A stretch of DNA of 64,000 nt from Planctomycetaceae bacterium (GCA_947459185.1 CANHCU010000006.1:424-64423); one strand, 5' to 3'. Numbered from the stretch's first letter, positions 54,653-63,538 are shown. Translations and numbers: made by a program. The notes: generated from the letters alone by a model not told the origin.

Positions 54653-55264
54653 TCAGAAGTGAAACACGTCGGTGCGTGTAACCCATTTGCGGCCAGGGCC
54701 GATGCCCTCGTGTCGCGTCACGTCACGGGCGCGGGTGTCGCCGATCTGCAGATCGAATCGCCAGGCGCCATCGAGCACAATCACCCCGCCCACCCGAACG
54801 AACTGTTCGGCCTGGCGAAAGCAGGTAAGCCGATCGACGCCCTGCCGGTGCTCGTGGCCATCCACCAGAATGACGTCGTGGGGTTGGTCGAGCGAGAGTA
54901 CGTAGGGGCTTTGCGCGTACGGCTCGACACTCGAATCAGCTGGGCACAGAGTCACGTTTTCCAGGGATTCCTCGGCGAGCCGGTCACGCACGATCCGCTG
55001 CCAACGCGGGTCATCTTCGACCGAAATCACTCTCTTCGCGCGTTTGGCGAAAAAGAGGGTCGACCCTCCCGTTCCATATTCGAACACGGAGTGCGAACGA
55101 GTCAGGAATCGGTCAAGAAAATCGATCGCTCCCCACGCCAGCCATGGCAGCCCGCTGCGGATGGGGAGCACATACCACGACGTCAGCCAGCGAGACACGT
55201 CGGTCGGTCGGGTGGCAAGTGAGTGGCCCAGTCGCAATACCTTGTCGGGAACTGATTCATTCAT
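54653..55264 (-). CDS. class I SAM-dependent methyltransferase-like protein
   Basis: VFEYGTGGSTLFFAKRAKRVISVEDD and VILVDGHEHR. Start MNESVP at 55264. Confidence 0.7.
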   Translation of the reverse strand: MNESVPDKVLRLGHSLATRPTDVSRWLTSWYVLPIRSGLPWLAWGAIDFLDRFLTRSHSVFEYGTGGSTLFFAKRAKRVISVEDDPRWQRIVRDRLAEESLENVTLCPADSSVEPYAQSPYVLSLDQPHDVILVDGHEHRQGVDRLTCFRQAEQFVRVGGVIVLDGAWRFDLQIGDTRARDVTRHEGIGPGRKWVTRTDVFHF

Positions 55265-55479
55265 CGTGCGTGTGCAAAGGAAGGTTAGGGCCGACCGGCA
55301 GCGCCGCCGCACGCGTCCGCTGGGCGGTGAGCCGCCGCGGAAGCACGGCGGCGATCGGTCCCGACTCCGAGATTCCGTCCCGAGCTCAAAGAGTAGTCTC
55401 CGCCACGCGGCGTATTCAAATGCTCAGGAATGTGATGGTGCGGACATGGACAGGGGAGCGACCGCTTCTCGCGTCGTAA

Positions 55480-55842
55480 ACCGCCCTGGCGGGCGCGAGT
55501 TGCAGCCGGTTCTGGCGGGTCTTCGATGGGAATGCCCTCCAGCCCTCTCCGTCGTCGTTCGGGCCCTCCTGGCTGCCCGAAACGATCCTGGGCCCGTGCC
55601 TTCGGCGGGCAAAACGGTTCGTGGTCCATCTTAACCGGAACCTGGGCGAGCCGCAGGCCGTCGAGGTGCTCTGCCACGAATGGGCACACGCGCCGGCCTG
55701 GAACTACTCGCTCGACCGGTTAGCGCGGACGCCCAGCATCGATCCGGCGGAGTTCGACAGGGCCAGCCATGACGAGGCTTGGGGCGGCGCCTACTCCTGA
55801 GTCTGGCGGTCCTATCAGGAGGTCATCCGCGAGGCGGGGTAA
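55480..55842 (+). pseudogene. SprT-like zinc metalloprotease gene relic (no start codon, in-frame TGA)
   Basis: ...RFVVHLNRNLGEPQAVEVLCHEWAHAPAWNYSL...FDRASHDEAWGGAYS*VWRSYQEVIREAG*. It has HExxH plus a downstream H...W. The TGA is at 55798-55800. Confidence 0.5.
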
Positions 55843-55859
55843 GGCCCCGCGTCAACGGC

Positions 55860-55975
55860 CGTTGCTCTGGGCAACCGAACACCGTCGGACTTCGCGCGGC
55901 CGGTAGATGGGCATGCCCATCTACCGGCCCTGCATGGCTAACAACCCGGCTGGTACCAAGTTGGGGGCAGCGTCA
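55860..55975 (+). mobile_element. IS3-family right-end relic (last ~115 bp)
   Basis: It encodes ALGNRTPSDFARPVDGHAHLPALHG* and ends with the IR GGCTAACAACCCGGCTGGTACCAAGTTGGGGGCAGCGTCA. Confidence 0.85.
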
Positions 55976-55987
55976 CTGAGCAAAACC

Positions 55988-56025
55988 CTCACTTAGAAAC
56001 TGGCGTTATTCATGGGGGCAGGTCA
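55988..56025 (-). repeat. 38-bp IS-end-like motif, copy f
   Basis: The reverse complement reads TGACCTGCCCCCATGAATAACGCCAGTTTCTAAGTGAG. Its tip lies 50 bp outside the IS relic tip, and it supplies the last codons of the gene 56010-57818. Confidence 0.55.
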
Positions 56026-57818
56026 ACTTGCGTGCAGTTGATCTGCTTGACCACCTCACCTGGGCGGCGGTTCAGTTTGTTCTTACGGATCGACACGTTG
56101 TGGCAGCCAGAGAGGATGAACGCGGCCGTGGGAGGCTTGTCAAGAAAGAGACCGTCAATCGTATTGTCGCAGATCCTGATCGCCTCTGCATGACTCACTT
56201 TGACGCCACCGGCACTCGAATCGGTGATGGTGTTACCAACTATCTCAATGTTCTCGAAAGCGTATTGCGTTGCCTCATTGGGGCTTGCGACGATGTTTGG
56301 CCCGATTGTGATCGCGGCATCACCAGAGCCCCAGCCCTTTCGATGACTCGTTTCTCGAAAGCGGTTGTCGCGGATCGTGATGTTGTGTCCCGTGCCACCT
56401 TCCAGCCACCAGGCATCGCAGCAGATAACAAGCCCACCGCTTATTCGGGTGAATGAGTTGCTCTCCACGAGGGCCTGAGTGCATCCCTGAATCATCACAC
56501 GTGTTGAACAGTCACGCCAATCACAATTCCGCATCGTCACATCGAGTTGCAGTGACTTGTTCTCAACCCAGCACCCTCGCAGTCCTGGGACTGCTCGATC
56601 GATGCGGACACGTCGAATTGGCCTCTTCTCGCGCACCTTGCAGTGTAGCTCCTTGTCAGCGACTCTTTGCATCAGATCGCGTTGAATGACTTCCAGTTGT
56701 TGGTCCGAAAGCTGCTCGACATCAGCGACCACGGCGTCGGCAGCGACGGAAAAGTCATCGTGGCGGTAAAAACGCAGCGTGTCGCCCTGTTTCGGCACAT
56801 CGTTGTAGACGATCACCGAATCAGCGGCTTCCTGTTCAGCGCATAGCATCAGCTTTCCCATTTGCAGATCCAGCAAGTCATCCGTGTTGCTGCAAAACTC
56901 ACAGCCATCCATCAGAAAACTGCCTTGGGACATCTCAAACTGAAAAGAATGGCCTCCCGTGAGTCGGCAACTGCCGGGTCGGGGCACAGACCGAACGCGA
57001 ACGACTTTCCACTCGCCCCGGCCGTCTCCCCACATGACACTCCCTCCGTGGTAGCAGTCAATGTCCTGGAGCAACACATCCTCGCTCTCGGAGCTGATGA
57101 ACATGATTCCACCATATCCCAGCACGAGACGGTTTCCAGGACGGAACATACCGGCCGCCTCACCGTCACTCACTTTTGGACGGAACGCGACCACCCGATG
57201 TTCCGCGTCTTCAATTCGGTAATCGCGGATGGTGTTCCACTGAGGGTTCTTCAACCATTGGCCATCGTGACTGAACGCTTTGACAACATCCTCAGTGTTA
57301 TTCCCAGGCTTACTCCCCGGAACCTGCAGCGGAAAGCCGGATTCGACCTCCATCATGACCACGCCCGTTTCGCCTTGGAAATGGCTCACGACGCCCTGGA
57401 TGCAGGGTGATGGATCCGCATCAAGAATGACGGGGCCAATGATCTCAATCTTGCGGGCTTTCCACAGATGAAATAAGGGTTCGCAGTCTTCCTTGATGAA
57501 CTCAACTCCTTGCAGATTGAGACGAAACCCGTTTTCGGTCTGGCTCAGACCAATCTTCATGCCATTTGGGATGCGATAAACACCCGGTGGTACGGTGAAG
57601 TCCCTTCCGCCGGATCGTACCGACTGATTGATTTTCTCAACGATCTCTCGCCCCTTTTCGCGTTGTGCTTGTTTCTCGGCTTGGCTGTACTGCGTCGGAT
57701 AGACGGGCAGTCCGACACGACTTGTACTTTGGTTGGCGAGTTGCGTGGACTGGCCATGGACTGGCACGAATACGCCGACAAAGCACAAGACAAGTATGAA
57801 GAGTCGAAAGAGAATCAT
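56010..57818 (-). CDS. secreted right-handed parallel beta-helix (pectin-lyase-fold) protein
   Basis: Signal MILFRLFILVLCFVGVFVPVHG. Repeated rungs ITIRDNRF, IEIVGNTITDS, IRICDNTIDG and VSIRKNKL. Lower GC by eye. The track ORF extends upstream to 57965. Confidence 0.75.
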   Translation of the reverse strand: MILFRLFILVLCFVGVFVPVHGQSTQLANQSTSRVGLPVYPTQYSQAEKQAQREKGREIVEKINQSVRSGGRDFTVPPGVYRIPNGMKIGLSQTENGFRLNLQGVEFIKEDCEPLFHLWKARKIEIIGPVILDADPSPCIQGVVSHFQGETGVVMMEVESGFPLQVPGSKPGNNTEDVVKAFSHDGQWLKNPQWNTIRDYRIEDAEHRVVAFRPKVSDGEAAGMFRPGNRLVLGYGGIMFISSESEDVLLQDIDCYHGGSVMWGDGRGEWKVVRVRSVPRPGSCRLTGGHSFQFEMSQGSFLMDGCEFCSNTDDLLDLQMGKLMLCAEQEAADSVIVYNDVPKQGDTLRFYRHDDFSVAADAVVADVEQLSDQQLEVIQRDLMQRVADKELHCKVREKRPIRRVRIDRAVPGLRGCWVENKSLQLDVTMRNCDWRDCSTRVMIQGCTQALVESNSFTRISGGLVICCDAWWLEGGTGHNITIRDNRFRETSHRKGWGSGDAAITIGPNIVASPNEATQYAFENIEIVGNTITDSSAGGVKVSHAEAIRICDNTIDGLFLDKPPTAAFILSGCHNVSIRKNKLNRRPGEVVKQINCTQVDLPP

Positions 57819-57995
57819 GACGCCTCCAACCCGGATTCGTCGTTGGTAACCGCTACGGTAGCGAGTCCGCAGGCACTCGCTGAAGTTTCCCAACTCTTGC
57901 GGCACACGAGTCGCCGTGGATGTGCTCCGGCACAACCCTGTGGATAGCCTGAGGGCCAGAAGCATACCATAGAAGCCGAGCCCTGGGCGGGCGGC

Positions 57996-59765
57996 TCAGG
58001 GCAGCCGAGTGACGATCCGACTGATCGCATCGGAGTGACCGATCTCCGCGCCGTCGACGATCACCCGCAGGCCGGGGCCGAGGCCGTAGCGGTCGCCGGT
58101 CTCATCCCACAGGATCGTCATCCGTCGCCCCTGGTAGGTGATGCGATCGATGCCGAACCACCGCCAGTCCCGTGGCAGTGACGGCTCCACCTCGACCGTC
58201 GAATCGGGATGCACCTTGAGCCCGATGATGCTGGTGATGATCCGATCGCAGGAGCCGGTGGCATCACCGGCGGGAGCCGCCCGCTGCGTCGACGCGAGCC
58301 CGCAGAGCGGCAGGTCATGGAGCCATCGGGCCTCGGTCAGCAGGTCTCCGAACCCTGGCGGCAGTTCCCGAATGACGGGGCCTTCGTCGGCGTGGTGGAC
58401 GTGCTTGCGCAGCGTCCACCAGCGGCGGTAATAGTCGCGTTCCATCTCCGCATCGGGGCACTCGAACCAAGGCGCGTGGTGCCGCAGGAAGTTGGCCGCC
58501 TGGCTGTTGGGAATGGGCAGATCCTCGGTCTCGTCGTCGGCCGCATTGAACGCCCGGACCGCAGCCTGTAGCCGCGTAGGCCAGATCGGCGGCTCTGCCG
58601 CATCGACCTGCTCTTTCAGGTTCGCCGCACGCTCGACGACGATGGTTCGCAGGGTGTCGACGGCCTTCGTGAACCGCTCGAGCGAATCGACGCCCATCTC
58701 CGTCAGGATTGGGCGGAGCCGCTCGGCTGTCTGATCGATCCGCGGCACCAACCGGTCGGCGGCGAAGATCGGCAGGAGTTCCTCCACCCGCTCGCGATAC
58801 CGGCGCCGCCATTCCACGCGATCGAGCACCGCCATAGCCACGAGCGCGGGTGGCGGCTCGAAGATGCCCGCGCCGGCGTCGGCGAAGATCTGGTCCATCC
58901 CGTGCGGCAGGAACCGCACCCGATCCCCCGCCCCAGGGTCCACGTAGACCCGGTAGTTGTTTTGGGCGGAGCAATAGCCGTCCCAGTGGTCTAGGAGTGC
59001 CTCGACGGCCGCGAAGGTGATGAACGACTCGACGTCGAGTCGCTCGTCGATCAACGCCGCGCGGTCGGCGTCGTCGACGGTGCGGCAGGCGTCCGCCAGC
59101 GCCGCCAGATCGTCGCCGGCGTCGCCCCTGTGCCCCTCGTCTCGCTTGAGGCCTTCGTCGATCTCCTGATTGGGCTGGCAGTCGTAGAGGTTGCCGTCCG
59201 CCCGACGGAACGAACGTCGTAGGAAGTCTTCGTCGAACGATTCCTTGAGCAGATAGAGTCCGACGTCGCGGTCCGCGATCCAGACGCGGGCATGCGTCAC
59301 CCGCGGCGCGGCGACGCCCGCCTTCCGAAATAGCTCCGAGCCGAGGAGTTCGCGAAGCAGCGATTCGTCCTGTACGGAGTTGTTCAGGTGGAACTTGTCG
59401 AGCCCGTGGAACCTGCGGCCGGGCACGTGTTTGTCCATGTTGAGCGTCAGGGCTGGGCGATCGTCGAGGTCACGCATGCTGCCAGGACCGCCCTTGATCT
59501 TGATCGCCACCCGCTCGTGGACGACATCGCCGTTTTCCACGAGCGTGCAGGTCGTCCAGGTGGACGGCTCGCTCCGCAACGACTCGGCGGCCTTCTCGGA
59601 GAGCCGGATCTGGAGCCGCGGCACCACGCTCTGGCCGAACAGGGCTTCCGCCGCGGCGTCGTGGCCGGCGTCATCGGCCTTGGCCGGCACGCAGGCAGTC
59701 GCGATGGCGGCCGTCAGTATGACCGCGGCGACAACAGCCGCTCGTCCGCGGTGCGTGCCGATCAT
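57996..59765 (-). CDS. CotH kinase family protein (secreted)
   Basis: Signal MIGTHRGRAAVVAAVILTAAIATACVPA, then FHGLDKFHLNNSVQDESLLRELLGSELFRKAGVAAPRVTHARVWI and GNLYD. The track ORF (to 60275) is an Arg-rich upstream extension. Confidence 0.85.
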   Translation of the reverse strand: MIGTHRGRAAVVAAVILTAAIATACVPAKADDAGHDAAAEALFGQSVVPRLQIRLSEKAAESLRSEPSTWTTCTLVENGDVVHERVAIKIKGGPGSMRDLDDRPALTLNMDKHVPGRRFHGLDKFHLNNSVQDESLLRELLGSELFRKAGVAAPRVTHARVWIADRDVGLYLLKESFDEDFLRRSFRRADGNLYDCQPNQEIDEGLKRDEGHRGDAGDDLAALADACRTVDDADRAALIDERLDVESFITFAAVEALLDHWDGYCSAQNNYRVYVDPGAGDRVRFLPHGMDQIFADAGAGIFEPPPALVAMAVLDRVEWRRRYRERVEELLPIFAADRLVPRIDQTAERLRPILTEMGVDSLERFTKAVDTLRTIVVERAANLKEQVDAAEPPIWPTRLQAAVRAFNAADDETEDLPIPNSQAANFLRHHAPWFECPDAEMERDYYRRWWTLRKHVHHADEGPVIRELPPGFGDLLTEARWLHDLPLCGLASTQRAAPAGDATGSCDRIITSIIGLKVHPDSTVEVEPSLPRDWRWFGIDRITYQGRRMTILWDETGDRYGLGPGLRVIVDGAEIGHSDAISRIVTRLP

Positions 59766-60445
59766 GCTTGCGTCCTCGTCTGCCGCAGATTGACCGACTG
59801 CACGCCTGCGACGTTGGCAAGGTCGCGGATGAGGGCCTGAGGCGCCGCGTCGGGCGGCAGCAGGGTGCGGTAGACGATCCGCAGGGCCGTTCCTTTTTTT
59901 GCCGTGCTGCCGTGGATCGGCTCGGCGGTCACGCCATGGCGGGAGAGCACGTCCCTCATCTGAGGTTCCGCCGCGGCGTCGCTCGCCATTCGCACGGTCA
60001 GGTCGTACGTCCGCCGTGCGCCGCGCTGCGGTTCGCTCGACGCGTCCCGGAACAGCCAGGCGACGATGCCGGTGGCGACAACACCGCCGATGCCGACGAG
60101 CGGCTGGCCGGCGCCGATGGCCATCCCGACGGCCACGGCGAAGATCACGAATGCCGTATCCTTCGTGTCCCGCACCGCCGTGCGAAACCGCACGATCGAT
60201 AGGGCGCCCACGAGGCTGAAGGCGAGCGCAATGTTGTCGCCGATCACCTGCGTGACCATCGCGATGAGCACGCACAGCAGCACGAGCGTGCCGGGAAACG
60301 ACGCCGATTCACGCGAGACATCCCGCGTGCCGCGGTAGATCACCGATACGACCAGGCCGAACAGGGCCGCCGTCGCGAGCCGGAGCGCAAGTACTCGCCA
60401 GTCGACCGTCGGCTGGGTGAACGAGGCTGTCAGCCATTCGGGCAT
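59762..60445 (-). CDS. DUF4956 domain membrane protein
   Basis: ALSIVRFRTAVRDTKDTAFVIFAVAVGMAIGAG. ATGA overlap with the CotH start. Start MPEWL at 60445. Confidence 0.8.
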   Translation of the reverse strand: MPEWLTASFTQPTVDWRVLALRLATAALFGLVVSVIYRGTRDVSRESASFPGTLVLLCVLIAMVTQVIGDNIALAFSLVGALSIVRFRTAVRDTKDTAFVIFAVAVGMAIGAGQPLVGIGGVVATGIVAWLFRDASSEPQRGARRTYDLTVRMASDAAAEPQMRDVLSRHGVTAEPIHGSTAKKGTALRIVYRTLLPPDAAPQALIRDLANVAGVQSVNLRQTRTQA

Positions 60446-60679
60446 CAGCACGCACTCCTGCGTGAACGGACGGTACGGGGGCACTCGGCTGGTGGGGCAC
60501 GCGGCCTGACGAGTGCCACGAGAGAATACTACACTCGCGTCAGCCTCTTCGTTGTCGAATGGCCAGAGGGTGGCGATTTCCGCCGGTGCGGCCGCGCGAC
60601 CCCACTGGCTGGCCTCTCTCGGCCCAGCACCCTTCGGCACGACCGCGGCGGGCACCTGACACGCGGCGACAGGATTCCG

Positions 60680-61506
60680 CTACCGCCAGTTTCGGAACGG
60701 CTCGTAGATGCGAAACGCGAAGAACAGTCCGCTGGCACCGAACGCGGAACCGATGACTTCACTCCCAACTGGTATTGGCACATACGAGATCACACCGGTT
60801 GATGTGCTGTTCGCGATTTGAAAGTAGCGATACCCGATGTCGAGTGTGATTCGGTCAATAATCGCGTATGCAGCGCCGCCACCGGCCTGCCACGCAAACG
60901 TGCTCACGTTGTTCGTCGCGGCAATCTGAAATTTGGTGCCACAAAGTCACCCGCTGGCTGTTTCAGATAGGAGAACCGATAGCCACCGCCGCCGACACCA
61001 CCGCCGAGGTAGAGCGACAGTCGGTCTGAGGCTTGGTAGTCCCGCCAGAGATTCACGAGGGTCGACCATCCGCTTTTGGCCGACGATGTGAACCGCCATT
61101 CCTCAAGGCCGATGGGCGCTTCAAACGTGGTGCCTCGTTGGCTGACGAGATTATCTCGGCTCCGGCCTTCGAACTCGACACGCCAGTTGCGGTCGAGCGC
61201 TTCGAATGCGAGGCCAATGGCACCGCCCGCAGTTAACAGCGATTGGTTGGCAGAAGGACTGGGCGACGGATCGCCCGTGCCATTCCCGTTGGGCCCGAGC
61301 GGTGTGCCAAGCGTGGCAAAGGAGTTACCGATGATGCCGGCAACGTAGAGTCGTCGTGCGACGCCTTCACCGCGAGAAAGACCGGCCGGCTCGATGAGAT
61401 CGCCCAACGCGGACGCTTCACGCGGCTGCTGGAAATCGATTGGGGCACCGAGTGCTTCAATGCTTTGCGGGACATCATCACCGGCATTCGCCGCCTTCCA
61501 CCGCAA
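60680..61506 (-). pseudogene. outer-membrane beta-barrel protein gene split by a frameshift near 60905-60945
   Basis: The 200-aa ORF (...LYLGGGVGGGGYRFSYLKQPAGDFVAPNFRLPRRTT*) continues in another frame as TKFQIAATNNVSTFAWQAGGGAAYAI...GLFFAFRIYEPFRNWR*. No signal peptide is seen. Confidence 0.55.
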
Positions 61507-61529
61507 TGCGCTCGTGCAGTGTCCGCTGC

Positions 61530-61718
61530 TTAAGGAACGGCTCCGCTGCGGGTGCTTCGCCCATGCCCAGCAGCTCCTTCGCCAGGGAACGCCGATGCTC
61601 CCGGTGCGCTGCCAATCAAGTGGGGCAGGTCACGATATAGCCGAAGTTGATCAGCGAGTGGCAACGCCTCAACCGCTATTTCAATTTCGTACCAACGCCC
61701 GTCGCTTTTTTGCTTCAT
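61530..61718 (-). CDS. small hypothetical protein (antitoxin-like N-terminus?)
   Basis: MKQKSDGRWYEIEIAVEALPLADQLRLYRDLPHLI is followed by a low-complexity tail. Support is weak. Confidence 0.2.
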   Translation of the reverse strand: MKQKSDGRWYEIEIAVEALPLADQLRLYRDLPHLIGSAPGASAFPGEGAAGHGRSTRSGAVP

Positions 61719-61727
61719 GTTTTCTGC

Positions 61728-62162
61728 TTAACGTTTCAGAGCCAAGACCAGCACGCCAGCACCGACCATGAGTATGCCCAGCCATTCGCGAACCGATGGC
61801 CGCTCGTGAAGGAACAGCACTGCGAAGACGGCCACGAGCACAAGGCTGAGTTTGTCGACCGGGGCCACCTTCGAAGCGTCACCAATCTTCAAAGCCCTGA
61901 AGTAGCAGACCCATGATGCCCCTGTTGCAAGGCCCGAGAGCAGCAAAAACAGCAGTGTCTTCGCGGGAAGTGTCATCGGGTTCGCCCATTTCCCAGTCCC
62001 GATCACGAAGGCGGTCAGAACCACCGCGATGACGCCGGTCCGCACCAGAGTCGCCAGATCGGAATCGACCCCCGTGAGGCCGATCTTCGCGAATATGGCC
62101 GTCATCGCTGCAAACACGGCCGAAAGCAACGCCCAGAAAAACCATGTCGTACTGCTTTCCAT
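61728..62162 (-). CDS. EamA-family (DMT superfamily) small transporter
   Basis: FFWALLSAVFAAMTAIFAKIGL...SGLATGASWVCYFRALKIGDASKVAPVDKLSLVLVAVFAVLFLHE. Start MESSTTW at 62162. Confidence 0.8.
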   Translation of the reverse strand: MESSTTWFFWALLSAVFAAMTAIFAKIGLTGVDSDLATLVRTGVIAVVLTAFVIGTGKWANPMTLPAKTLLFLLLSGLATGASWVCYFRALKIGDASKVAPVDKLSLVLVAVFAVLFLHERPSVREWLGILMVGAGVLVLALKR

Positions 62163-62452
62163 GGAATCAGTCTCCACGCCCCGCTTGAGCGGTGCCGTTG
62201 CTTGAGTCGGTGCCAGCATACCGCAGCTGTTTCATGGCGGAGGTGAATTCTGCCTTGCCACCCTCCCAATACGTGTACTCGCATTCCCCTTGGGCTCTGT
62301 GTAGGCTCAGACCCGAAGGAGCCTGAAACGTCCCTGAAAATACTGCGTTGCGGCTTGAGCAAGTAAGGCCGGAAAAGTTTCGACTCAGCGAAGAATGGGT
62401 CGGCTAACGGGCTCTATCACATGCCCCCGGGATTCCGATCACCTCCGCTCGC

Positions 62453-63538
62453 ATGGCCATGGCACATCTCATCCACCACTGGACGACACTCGCCCCGCTC
62501 GCAGCCGCGGCTCTGCTCGTGCTCACCACCGCCATCGGCGAACAGCCCTGGCTGCTCGTGGGCTGCGTTGCGGCGATCATCGCTGCCGTGCTCGCCGCAG
62601 TGCACCATGCAGAAGTGATCGCCCACCGCGTCGGCGAGCCGCTCGGCACGCTCGTGCTCGCCCTTGCCGTGACCGTGATCGAGGCGGCCCTGCTCCTCTC
62701 GCTGCTCTTCGCCGGCGGCGCCGGCATGGAGACGCTGCCCCGCGACACCGTCTATGCCACCGTCATGATCATTACCACCGGTGTCGTCGGCCTCTGCACG
62801 ATGATCGGCGGCCTGGCCCACCGCGAGCAGTCGTTTCGCGTCGATGGGGCGGGCGGGGGACTTGCGGCACTGATCGTGCTCGCGGTCGTCACGCTCGTGC
62901 TCCCCGACTTCACGATCACGACCGGCGTCGGCACTTACAGCCGTGGCCAGTCGCTCTTCGCAGCCGTCGTCTCGGCGGCGCTGTGGGGCATTTTCGTCTT
63001 TGTCCAGACCATCCGGCACCGCGACTACTTCCTGCCGCACGACGATCAGGCCCGTCCCGAAGAGCATGCCCTGCCTCCCTCGCGCCGGCAGGCGACGCTG
63101 AGCCTGGTGTTTCTCCTCGTCGCCCTCGTCGCGGTTGTAGGCCTTGCGAAAGTGCTCTCGCACCCGCTCGAGGAGTTCGTCGAGGCATTTCACCTGCCGC
63201 GCGGCGTGGTAGGGATCGTGGTGGCAATGGTGGTGCTCCTGCCCGAGACCTGGGCCGCGATTCGGGCAGCGTATGCCAACCGGCTCCAGAGCAGCATGAA
63301 CCTCGCGATCGGGTCTGCGCTCGCGACCATCGGCCTCACGGTGCCAGTCGTCGTCTTCTTCGCCACCGCCTACGGACTGCCGCTCGTTCTCGGACTCGAC
63401 CCGAAGGACATCGTGCTCCTCGCAACGGCCCTGCTCGTGAGCGTTGTCACGCTCGGCACGGGGCGGACGTCGATGATGCAGGGCGCGGTGCACCTCGTGC
63501 TCTTCGCGACCTACCTGTTTCTTGCCTGCGTGCCCTGA
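62453..63538 (+). CDS. calcium/proton exchanger family (ChaA/CAX-like) membrane protein
   Basis: HHAEVIAHRVGEPLGTLVLALAVTVIEAAL and a second repeat LAIGSALATIGLTVPVV, about 11 TM segments. Both overlapping long ORFs are Arg-rich shadow frames. Confidence 0.85.
   Translation: MAMAHLIHHWTTLAPLAAAALLVLTTAIGEQPWLLVGCVAAIIAAVLAAVHHAEVIAHRVGEPLGTLVLALAVTVIEAALLLSLLFAGGAGMETLPRDTVYATVMIITTGVVGLCTMIGGLAHREQSFRVDGAGGGLAALIVLAVVTLVLPDFTITTGVGTYSRGQSLFAAVVSAALWGIFVFVQTIRHRDYFLPHDDQARPEEHALPPSRRQATLSLVFLLVALVAVVGLAKVLSHPLEEFVEAFHLPRGVVGIVVAMVVLLPETWAAIRAAYANRLQSSMNLAIGSALATIGLTVPVVVFFATAYGLPLVLGLDPKDIVLLATALLVSVVTLGTGRTSMMQGAVHLVLFATYLFLACVP

Noticed and set aside
55798-55800. Recoding (selenocysteine at the TGA here, pyrrolysine at the TAG at 23247-23249).
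   Set aside because: Both stops sit in genes with other signs of decay (no start codon, truncation at repeat junctions). A paralogous relic has Gly at the TGA position. I noticed no SECIS-like hairpin and no pyl genes.
57996-60275. Long N-terminal extensions of track ORFs: the 759-aa CotH ORF, the 588-aa ORF at 26563, the 462-aa ORF at 43762-45150, the 391-aa ORF at 30926 and the 651-aa ORF at 56010.
   Set aside because: The extensions are Arg-rich and overlap upstream genes. Internal ATGs give signal peptides or canonical N-termini, and often give ATGA coupling with the upstream stop.
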